In this document: positions 32,738 to 40,573 of the stretch, piece after piece
Position numbering within the stretch: position 1 is the first letter of the stretch
Layout: each line of letters begins with the position of its first letter
NCBI GenBank assembly: GCA_045653685.1
Contig: JAZOME010000022.1
Coordinates: 21,770-85,769, forward strand
DNA length: 64,000 nucleotides
Source: Faecousia sp.
Lineage (GTDB): Bacteria; Bacillota; Clostridia; Oscillospirales; Oscillospiraceae
Reading direction: 5' to 3'
Translations under genes and position numbers: made by a program
The notes under the pieces: model-generated
What the model was told of the DNA's origin: nothing
Database searches by the model: none
The model's input: the letters and a program-made list of their open reading frames with translations, nothing else

Positions 32738-33493
32738 TCACCCTAAAAAGTACCCCATCGCCAGCATCAGGCAAAACCCAGCCAGCAGGGAATAGGTGAC
32801 GCCGCGTGCGTCATTGTGGTGGGTTTCCGGTATCATTTCGTCGCTGATAACATACAGCATCGTGCCGCCGGCAAAGGCCAGGGCAAAGGGCAAAATTGCG
32901 GTGGACAAGCTTACGGCAAAGTAGCCTAAAACAGTGCCCAGCACCTCGATAATACCGGTAGCCAAAGCGCATACAAAGGTTCTGCCCGGTGACATACCGG
33001 CTGCCAGCATCGGTCCAATAATCACCATACCTTCGGGTATGTTCTGCAAAGCAATACCTGCGGCAATAGTAATAGCCTGGGCAGTATTTCCACTGCCAAA
33101 ACCCACACCGGCGGCAATACCCTCCGGCAGGTTATGAATAGCAATTGCCATCACAAACAAAAGCACCTTGTTAAGCTTTTTGGCGTTATCCGGATGTTGC
33201 TCCTGGTCAACACCTGCCAGCCGATGCAAATGGGGCACCAGCTTATCCAGCAAATTGAGGAACAATGCGCCGGAAAACACGCCGAGAATTGTCATCAAAA
33301 TGGGAGAAAAGCTTTCATATTCCAGCGACGGCAGAATAAGCCCTGTCACTGCGGCACACAGCATAACGCCGGCAGCAAACGCCAGCACAATGTCGCTGAA
33401 TTTATGGGAGATTTTCTTGAAAATAAAACCCAGCACCGAGCCAAAAATCGTGGCACCGCCTACACCCAGTGCGGTCAATAAAACCATTTTCAT
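32738..33493 (-). CDS. ZIP family (ZupT/GufA) metal transporter
   Basis: AFAAGVM, HNLPEG, QNIPEG, EMIPE; true start MKMVLL at 33493. Confidence 0.92.
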   Translation of the reverse strand: MKMVLLTALGVGGATIFGSVLGFIFKKISHKFSDIVLAFAAGVMLCAAVTGLILPSLEYESFSPILMTILGVFSGALFLNLLDKLVPHLHRLAGVDQEQHPDNAKKLNKVLLFVMAIAIHNLPEGIAAGVGFGSGNTAQAITIAAGIALQNIPEGMVIIGPMLAAGMSPGRTFVCALATGIIEVLGTVLGYFAVSLSTAILPFALAFAGGTMLYVISDEMIPETHHNDARGVTYSLLAGFCLMLAMGYFLG

Positions 33494-33515
33494 AGCACCC
33501 ACCTCTTTCATAACC

Positions 33516-33544
33516 ATTATAGAAAAGCGGAGACGGTTTGTCAA
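33516..33544 (-). promoter_or_regulatory. sigma-A promoter of the ZIP transporter
   Basis: TTGACA-N17-TATAAT on the - strand. Confidence 0.8.
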
Positions 33545-33577
33545 AGGAAAAATAAAGGGAAAATCGCTGTGTAACAC

Positions 33578-33606
33578 TTGCTTTTTTTGAATATTTCCGA
33601 TATAAT
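33578..33606 (+). promoter_or_regulatory. sigma-A promoter of the smc operon
   Basis: TTGCTT-N17-TATAAT. Confidence 0.65.
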
Positions 33607-33647
33607 AAATTGATTTGTTATAACTAAAAATACAAAGAGGTTTTGCT

Positions 33648-36600
33648 GTGTATCTAAAAAGTTTGGAAGTACAGGGCTTTAAGTCCTTCCCGGATAAGAC
33701 CGTGATCCGTTTTGGCGATGATATCACCGCCATTGTAGGACCCAACGGCTCCGGAAAATCAAATATTTCCGATGCGATTTTGTGGGTAATGGGCGAGCAG
33801 AGCTCCAAGACCCTCCGTGGCTCCAAAATGGAGGATGTGATTTTCGGCGGCACGCAAAAGCGTGCGGCGGTAGGCTTTGCGGAAGCTACTCTGACCCTAG
33901 ATAATTCTGACCGTGCTCTGCCTTACGATGCAGACGAGGTAATGGTTACCCGGCGGTATTATCGTAGTGGAGACAGTGAGTATTATATCAACCGCCAGTC
34001 TGCCCGTCTTCGTGACATCAACGAGATGTTTATGGACACCGGCTTGGGCAGAGAGGGCTATTCCAATATCGGTCAAGGTCGAATTGACGAGGTTCTCTCC
34101 TTGAAGAGCGCAGACCGCCGTGAGATTTTTGAAGAAGCGGCAGGTATCTCTAAGTATCGTCACCGTAAAGAGGAGACCGAGCGAAAGCTGGCCCATACGG
34201 AGGATAACCTTCTGCGCATTGGCGACAAGGTATCCGAGCTGGAGCTGCAACTAGAGCCGCTGAAGCGCCAGTCAGAGAAGGCAAAGCAGTATCTGGAGCT
34301 GAAGGATGAGCTTCAGGGTGTGGAAGTGGCCGTTTGGCTGGACACATTGGACAAGCTGTCTGCCCCAGCTAAGAAGGCAGAGGAGGACTATGCCTCTGCA
34401 TCCTTTGTGCTGAAGCAGGCCCACGAGGATTTGGAGCGTCTATATGCCCAGTCCGAACAGTTGGGTGCTGAACTGCACCACCGGGACGGGGAACTGGAAA
34501 ATATCCGTCTGCAGGTGAATCTGCTGGAGCAGACCCATCAGCAGTTGGACGGTCAGATGGCAGTTTTGCAGGGCAACATTCGTAACAACGAGGAAAATAT
34601 CCAGCGTGTGGAGGAGGAACTGCAGGGTCAGGAGGACCGCAATGGCGGTATTTCAGCCCAGCTTGCCCAAACCCAGGAGCGAATGGAAGCCATTGAAACA
34701 GAGCTTGCAGAAAAGCGTGAAAAGCTGATTGCCTTGCAGCAGGAATTGGCCGCGATGACTGCCAGCGCAGAAGGCATTACCAAGCAGTTTTTGGAGCTGC
34801 GTGCGGCGGAGAGTACTCTGACGGCAGAAATTGCCGGTGGAGAGGCCGACCTTCGTGGTTTGGAGACCAGCCTTTCCGAAAACAAAGAACGTTTGGAGCA
34901 GTTAAACAGCGACCTGCAGTCCGGCACAGCCCGGGAAATGGAAGCAAAGGCGGCTCAGGCAGAATGCCTGAAGCTGTTAAAGCAGGCGCAGGATGAGGTA
35001 ACTGCTTGCAATAATAGTATTTCCGGCTACACCCTGCGTCAGCAGAACCGTCAGCAGCGCCGGGATACGCTCAGCCAGGAAAACCGGGAGCTTTTGAATA
35101 AGCTGGACGGTATTCAGGCAAAAATTAAAGTGTTCCGGGCGATGGAACGGGATTTTGAAAGCTATCAAAAATCTGTCCGAATGGTAATGCAGGAAAGCCA
35201 GCGTGGCGCCCTGCGGAATGTCCACGGTCCTGTGTCCCGGCTTATTCGCACCGATGACGAATACACCGTGGCAATCGAGTACGCCCTGGGCGGCGCAATG
35301 CAGCAGATTGTGGTGGATAGCGAGCAGGATGCCAAGTCTGCCATTTCTTTCTTGAAGCGTACCGGTGGCGGTCGTGCTACCTTCCTGCCTATTGCTACCG
35401 TCAAGGGCAAGCAGCTTCAGGAAAAAGGTTTGGAAAATTGCCGTGGCTTTGTGGAGCTTGCCTCCAATCTGGTGCAGACAGACAAGCGGTATCAGGGAAT
35501 TGTAGACAATCTGCTGGGCAGAATCGTAGTGGTAGAGAACATTGACGATGCCATTGCTATGGCCAAGCAGTATCAGAACCGTTTCAAAATTGTCACCCTG
35601 GACGGACAGATTATGAATGCCGGCGGTTCTATGGTAGGCGGCTCGGTGAATAAAGAGGCCGGTATTTTAAGTCGTGCCAATGAGCTTGAGAAGCTGACAG
35701 TTCAGGAAAAAGAAATCACGGAAAAACAGCAGGCTTGCGAGGCAGATTTGCAGGAAGCTCAGCGCGGGCTGGACCAGGTGGAGTTCCAAATTACTGCTGC
35801 AAAGGACCAGCTTCGGCAGGCGGAGGACCAGGTGCTTCGTCTCCAGGGCCAGGAAAAGCAGCACGAGATTATGGTGGATGCTATTGTAGAAGCCATGAAC
35901 GCCGCCCGTCGGGAAAAGGAAGTGCTGGACGGCCGGGAACGCACCGACCGTGAGCGCTATGTGACTTGCCAGACCAAGCTGCAAATGCTGGGCAGTCAGT
36001 TGCTTGATACCAAATCCAAGCTTGCTGTGCTGGAAAATACCCAGCAGGATTCCTCTCAGACAATGAACCGGGTCACCGAAGAAATGACTGCCCTGAAAAC
36101 GGAAGAGGCGGCATTGGAGGCAGAAAAAACCACAGCCCAAAACCATGTGGCCGACTTGCAGAATCTCCGCCGGGATATGGAGGGCGACCGGGATAAGAAG
36201 CTGGTGCTGGTGGAAGCCTTCCGGGAGGAAAATCGGAGCTATGAAGCGCAGATTGCGGAGCTTTTGGCAAAACAGCAAAGCAACGACGCCGAAACAGCCA
36301 GAATGCGTACCGGTATGGAAAATGCCCTTATCCAGCGTGCAGAGGCTGAAGCTTCCAAGACCCGTTCCGAGAAAGATGCGCAGGATAAGAGTAAGGATAT
36401 TCTGGATATGGAACGGGAATGCGCCCGTTTGGAAAACAAGAAGTCCTCTGCGGATATGGAAGAAAAGCAGATTATCGATAAGCTTTGGGATTACTACGAG
36501 CTGACCCCCGGCACTGCTGTGGAAAAGCGTGGCGAGATTGAGTCTGTGGCGGCCGGTAACCGTCGCATTGGCGAGCTGAAGCGGAAAATTTCCGCTTTGG

Positions 36601-37220
36601 GCACACCTATCTTGGGCGCAATCGAGGAATATGCCCGTGTCAATGAGCGCTACAGCTACCTGGCGGAGCAGCGTGACGATGTGCTGAACTCCAAGAAGGA
36701 GTTGGAGGGCATTATCCGGGAGATTACCCAGGAAATGACCACGATCTTCGTGGCAGAGTTCCAGAAAATCAACCATCATTTTGGGATTGTCTTTGAGGAG
36801 ATGTTTGGTGGCGGTAAGGGTCAGCTGATTTTGGAGGACCCGGAGGAGCCCTTGACTTGCGGCATTGAAATTCGGGTTCAGCCTCCCGGAAAGCAGGTCA
36901 AGACCATCACATTGCTCTCCGGTGGTGAAAAGGCCTTTGTGGCAACGGCGCTGTACTTTGCTATTTTGAAGGTGCGCCCCACACCCTTCTGCTTGCTGGA
37001 TGAGATTGATGCGGCGCTGGATGACCGGAATGTGGAACGGTTTGCTACCTATCTGCGCAATTTGAGCAGTAACACCCAGTTCATCGTGATTACCCACCGC
37101 CGTGGCACTATGGAAGCCTCCGATGTGCTTTACGGTGTGACGATGCAGGAGCAGGGTATTTCCAAGCTGCTCCGTTTGGACTTGAACCAAATGGAAAATC
37201 AATTGGGCATTACCGAATAA
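33648..37220 (+). CDS. smc: Chromosome segregation protein SMC
   Basis: GFKSF, GPNGSGKSN, hinge GRATFLP, LSGGE, LDEIDAALD. Confidence 0.98.
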   Translation: MYLKSLEVQGFKSFPDKTVIRFGDDITAIVGPNGSGKSNISDAILWVMGEQSSKTLRGSKMEDVIFGGTQKRAAVGFAEATLTLDNSDRALPYDADEVMVTRRYYRSGDSEYYINRQSARLRDINEMFMDTGLGREGYSNIGQGRIDEVLSLKSADRREIFEEAAGISKYRHRKEETERKLAHTEDNLLRIGDKVSELELQLEPLKRQSEKAKQYLELKDELQGVEVAVWLDTLDKLSAPAKKAEEDYASASFVLKQAHEDLERLYAQSEQLGAELHHRDGELENIRLQVNLLEQTHQQLDGQMAVLQGNIRNNEENIQRVEEELQGQEDRNGGISAQLAQTQERMEAIETELAEKREKLIALQQELAAMTASAEGITKQFLELRAAESTLTAEIAGGEADLRGLETSLSENKERLEQLNSDLQSGTAREMEAKAAQAECLKLLKQAQDEVTACNNSISGYTLRQQNRQQRRDTLSQENRELLNKLDGIQAKIKVFRAMERDFESYQKSVRMVMQESQRGALRNVHGPVSRLIRTDDEYTVAIEYALGGAMQQIVVDSEQDAKSAISFLKRTGGGRATFLPIATVKGKQLQEKGLENCRGFVELASNLVQTDKRYQGIVDNLLGRIVVVENIDDAIAMAKQYQNRFKIVTLDGQIMNAGGSMVGGSVNKEAGILSRANELEKLTVQEKEITEKQQACEADLQEAQRGLDQVEFQITAAKDQLRQAEDQVLRLQGQEKQHEIMVDAIVEAMNAARREKEVLDGRERTDRERYVTCQTKLQMLGSQLLDTKSKLAVLENTQQDSSQTMNRVTEEMTALKTEEAALEAEKTTAQNHVADLQNLRRDMEGDRDKKLVLVEAFREENRSYEAQIAELLAKQQSNDAETARMRTGMENALIQRAEAEASKTRSEKDAQDKSKDILDMERECARLENKKSSADMEEKQIIDKLWDYYELTPGTAVEKRGEIESVAAGNRRIGELKRKISALGTPILGAIEEYARVNERYSYLAEQRDDVLNSKKELEGIIREITQEMTTIFVAEFQKINHHFGIVFEEMFGGGKGQLILEDPEEPLTCGIEIRVQPPGKQVKTITLLSGGEKAFVATALYFAILKVRPTPFCLLDEIDAALDDRNVERFATYLRNLSSNTQFIVITHRRGTMEASDVLYGVTMQEQGISKLLRLDLNQMENQLGITE

Positions 37221-37230
37221 AGGAGCCAAT

Positions 37231-38139
37231 ATGGGTTTTTTTGACAAAATTAAACAGGGCCTTTCCAAGACAAGAGATGCCTTGGAAAATACCCTGGGCA
37301 GCGTTTTTTCCGGTTTTTCGGAAATTGACGATGATTTTTACGACGAGCTGGAGGAGTGCCTGATTCTTGCGGATTTGGGTATGGAAACAGCCCTGAAGGC
37401 CACAGACCGTTTGCGGAAAGCTGTAAAGGAGCAACACCTGAAAACCACCGAGGAAGCAAGGTCTGCCTTGAAGGAAATTTTGGTGGATATGCTAAATGTG
37501 GGCGATACTGCCTTAAACCTGTCCACCAAGCCCTCTGTGGTATTGGTGATTGGTGTCAACGGTGTGGGAAAAACTACCACCATCGGAAAAATTGCCACCG
37601 GCCTTGTTCAGCAGGGGAAAAATGTGCTTTTGGTGGCAGGCGACACCTTCCGTGCTGCCGCCGCAGACCAACTGGAAATCTGGGCGGAACGCTCCGGAGC
37701 ATCCATTGTCCGCCAGCACGAGGGCGCAGACCCGGCCTCTGTGGTGTTTGACGGCATTCAGTCTGCCCGGGCAAAGGGTGCGGATGTGATGCTGGTAGAT
37801 ACCGCCGGACGGCTTCACAATAAGCAAAACTTAATGAACGAGCTGAATAAAATCAGTCGGATTATCGCCCGGGAGCTTCCCGATGCGGCTTTAGAGGTGC
37901 TTTTGGTTTTGGACGGCACCACCGGTCAGAACGGTCTGACCCAGGCAAAGCAGTTTAAGGAAATTGCCGGCGTGACGGCGGTTGCCTTGACCAAGCTGGA
38001 CGGCACTGCCAAGGGCGGAATTGTGATTTCTGTGGCGGATACCCTGCAAATTCCTGTGAAATTTGTAGGTGTCGGAGAGCAGGCGGAGGACTTAATGCCA
38101 TTTGAAGCCCGGAATTTTGTGGAGGCGCTGTTGGAATGA
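37231..38139 (+). CDS. ftsY: Signal recognition particle receptor
   Basis: GVNGVGKTT, DTFRAAA, DTAGR, TKLDGTAKGG. Confidence 0.97.
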   Translation: MGFFDKIKQGLSKTRDALENTLGSVFSGFSEIDDDFYDELEECLILADLGMETALKATDRLRKAVKEQHLKTTEEARSALKEILVDMLNVGDTALNLSTKPSVVLVIGVNGVGKTTTIGKIATGLVQQGKNVLLVAGDTFRAAAADQLEIWAERSGASIVRQHEGADPASVVFDGIQSARAKGADVMLVDTAGRLHNKQNLMNELNKISRIIARELPDAALEVLLVLDGTTGQNGLTQAKQFKEIAGVTAVALTKLDGTAKGGIVISVADTLQIPVKFVGVGEQAEDLMPFEARNFVEALLE

Positions 38140-38741
38140 AAGTTGTATTAGCCAGTAAAAATCCCCATAAGCTGAAGGAAATCAGTAAAATTACGGAAAA
38201 GTTCGGTTTTGAATTGGTGTTGCAGTCCGAGCTGGGTGTGGATATTGATGTAGAGGAGACCGGCACTACCTTTGGGGAGAATTCTCTTTTGAAGGCGGAG
38301 GCGGTGATGAAGGCTACCGGACTGCCGGCTTTGGCGGATGACTCCGGTATTGCGGTGGACGCATTAAACGGTGAGCCGGGAATTTACTCGGCACGGTATG
38401 GCTTTGACGATAGCCTGGACGATTGGGGCAGATTGCTTCTTCTTTTGAAGAACACGGAAAATGTTCCCGACGGACAGCGTCAGGCGCAGTTTGTCTGCGT
38501 AATCACCTTTATTACTCCGGAGGGGAAGATAATTCAAGCTCGTGGCGAAATCCACGGTGAGCTGACAAGGGAACCCCATGGAGAAAACGGCTTTGGCTAT
38601 GACCCCATTTTCTACTATCCTCCCTTAGGCAAGACCACTGCCGAATTGTCCCCTGAGCAGAAAAACGAAGTTTCCCACCGTGCAAATGCACTGAAGTTGT
38701 TTTATGAGAAGATGAAGGAGGCAGGCTATGCTGACAAGTAA
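38136..38741 (+). CDS. rdgB: Non-canonical purine NTP pyrophosphatase (HAM1)
   Basis: SKNPHK, DDSG, PGIYSAR, FGYDPIF, SHR. Confidence 0.95.
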   Translation: MKVVLASKNPHKLKEISKITEKFGFELVLQSELGVDIDVEETGTTFGENSLLKAEAVMKATGLPALADDSGIAVDALNGEPGIYSARYGFDDSLDDWGRLLLLLKNTENVPDGQRQAQFVCVITFITPEGKIIQARGEIHGELTREPHGENGFGYDPIFYYPPLGKTTAELSPEQKNEVSHRANALKLFYEKMKEAGYADK

Positions 38742-39198
38742 AGAGCGTGCAGAGCTGCGCAGTCAGGCCAATACCTTGGAAACTACCCTGATGGTAGGCA
38801 AGGGTGGCGTGACAGAGGCAGTGATTGCCGAGGCAGAAAATCAGCTCACCGCACGGGAATTGGTAAAAGGCAAGGTCTTGGAGGGTGCGATGATGACTCC
38901 CCGGGAGGTTTGCGACGAAATTTGCCAGGCCACCGGTGCTGACGGTGTGGGTGTGATTGGTACAAAATTTATTATTTATCGGTTCAGCGAAAAGCTTCAG
39001 CAGGAGCGCAATGAGTTGGGCCGTGCCAAGAAAAAAGCTGTGAGCGTGGCCAAGTCCAATCCGGTGCGCAAGGGTGCACAGGCTCGGCGTCAGGCAGCGC
39101 AGAAGGTGCGCCAGCAGCGTAATGAATATTTCCGCAAGCAGGCAATTGAAAAGGCCATTGAACGGGACAGGGAGCGTCAGTTACGGGAGAAACAGTAA
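38728..39198 (+). CDS. yhbY: YhbY/CRM RNA-binding protein with basic C-terminal extension
   Basis: LTSKERAELR, VGKGG, ELVK; about 60 aa K/R/Q-rich tail. Confidence 0.85.
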   Translation: MLTSKERAELRSQANTLETTLMVGKGGVTEAVIAEAENQLTARELVKGKVLEGAMMTPREVCDEICQATGADGVGVIGTKFIIYRFSEKLQQERNELGRAKKKAVSVAKSNPVRKGAQARRQAAQKVRQQRNEYFRKQAIEKAIERDRERQLREKQ

Positions 39199-39218
39199 AC
39201 CTGTAAGGAGAGTGTGCT

Positions 39219-40202
39219 ATGGAGCGTATCGGTATTTACGGTGGCAATTTTGATCCCCCACATTTGGGTCATGTGCAGGCGGCGAAGCAGGCAATCTCAG
39301 AGCGAAATTTGGACAAGCTGCTGATTATTCCATCTTTGGCAACGCCGAAGGCGCAAAGTCAGCCGGACACGGCGGACCTATCTCAGCGCCTGAAGATGCT
39401 GCAGCTATGCTTTGCCGGTGTTCCTTCTGTGGAAATCCATTCCCCGGAGGAGCATCCGGACAGCTTCTGCCCGGATGACCAGCGTGTGGAGGAAAATGCC
39501 AGCGTGCTAACCGGTGCGGATATGCGACGGCTTTTGGCTTTCCGTTGCGCTGATGAATTTTTAACCGATGATGTTGCCCGGTATATCCAGATGAACAATC
39601 TTTACGGAACAGGAAAAAATCTGCGCCATTTGCCTATGGATCGACTGGAGCAGGAGGTTATCAGCCTACTGAAACCCAACCGGGTAGCCCATGTTTTGGG
39701 CTGTCGGGACACGGCGGCATCCTTGGCACGGGTTTGGGGCGTGGATGAAACCGACGCTGCCCGGGCAGGTCTGCTCCACGATATCACCAAGGCGCTGGAT
39801 GGCCCGCTGCAGCTAGTGCTGTGCCGCGCTTACGGTGTGCGCTTGGATAATTTCTCCCAGCACAACCCCAAAACCCTCCACGCATTAACGGGCAGCCTGG
39901 TTGCCCAGCGTATTTTTGGAGAAAATCAGGCGGTGGTGGACGCTATTGGCAGTCATACCACCGGCAAGGCCAATATGAATACTTTGGAAAAAATTATCTA
40001 TGTGGCAGACTATATGGAGCCCAACCGCACCCTTGACGGTGTGGAGCAGCTACGCCAGCTTGCCTACACGGATTTGGATAAGGCCCTGAAGCTGGGCCTG
40101 GAAATGACACTTACCATGCTGCGTCAGCAGGGCAGGGAAATCTCTCCTGAGTCCCAACAGGCGTTGGCTTGGCTCAATAGAAAGGAAGAATTGATATGTT
40201 AA
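39219..40202 (+). CDS. yqeK: Shortened NadD-like domain fused to YqeK HD-domain Ap4A hydrolase
   Basis: GGNFDPPHLGH N-terminus; RVAHVLG, LLHDITK, TLHA, SHTTG, YVADYMEPNR HD motifs; precedes rsfS. Confidence 0.85.
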   Translation: MERIGIYGGNFDPPHLGHVQAAKQAISERNLDKLLIIPSLATPKAQSQPDTADLSQRLKMLQLCFAGVPSVEIHSPEEHPDSFCPDDQRVEENASVLTGADMRRLLAFRCADEFLTDDVARYIQMNNLYGTGKNLRHLPMDRLEQEVISLLKPNRVAHVLGCRDTAASLARVWGVDETDAARAGLLHDITKALDGPLQLVLCRAYGVRLDNFSQHNPKTLHALTGSLVAQRIFGENQAVVDAIGSHTTGKANMNTLEKIIYVADYMEPNRTLDGVEQLRQLAYTDLDKALKLGLEMTLTMLRQQGREISPESQQALAWLNRKEELIC

Positions 40203-40558
40203 CAGCAAAGCAGGTTGCTTACGAAGTGACCAAGGCTCTGGACAGCAAAAAGGGTCAGGATATCAAGCTTTTGAGAATCGGCGATGTTTCTTCTTTGGCA
40301 GATTACTTTATTATCTGTACCGGTACCTCCAACACCCATGTTAAGACTTTGTGCGACCACGCAGAGTATGTTTTTGAGCAGTTGGGTGAGCCAATGCTGG
40401 GTCGGGAAGGACACCGGGGCAACACTTGGGAGCTTCTGGACTTTGGCAGTGTGGTTGTCCATGTGTTTACGGAGGAAGCCCGTGAGTTTTATTCGTTGGA
40501 GCGTCTGTGGGCAGATGCCGAAGCCATTGACCTGAGTGATATTGTAACTCCGGATTAA
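40196..40558 (+). CDS. rsfS: Ribosome silencing factor
   Basis: KKGQDI, ADYFII, WELLDFG, FYSLERLW. Confidence 0.95.
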   Translation: MLTAKQVAYEVTKALDSKKGQDIKLLRIGDVSSLADYFIICTGTSNTHVKTLCDHAEYVFEQLGEPMLGREGHRGNTWELLDFGSVVVHVFTEEAREFYSLERLWADAEAIDLSDIVTPD

Positions 40559-40573
40559 GAGAGGTAGTAGAAA

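Noticed and set aside
33494-33853. 120-aa N-terminal extension on the ZIP transporter in the ORF track
   Set aside because: Overlaps smc and two promoters; the real start is at 33493 with its own RBS
35667-37268. 533-aa ORF antisense to smc (and similar ones at 8025-9236 and 53641-54684)
   Set aside because: Shadow ORFs opposite conserved genes with no protein motifs
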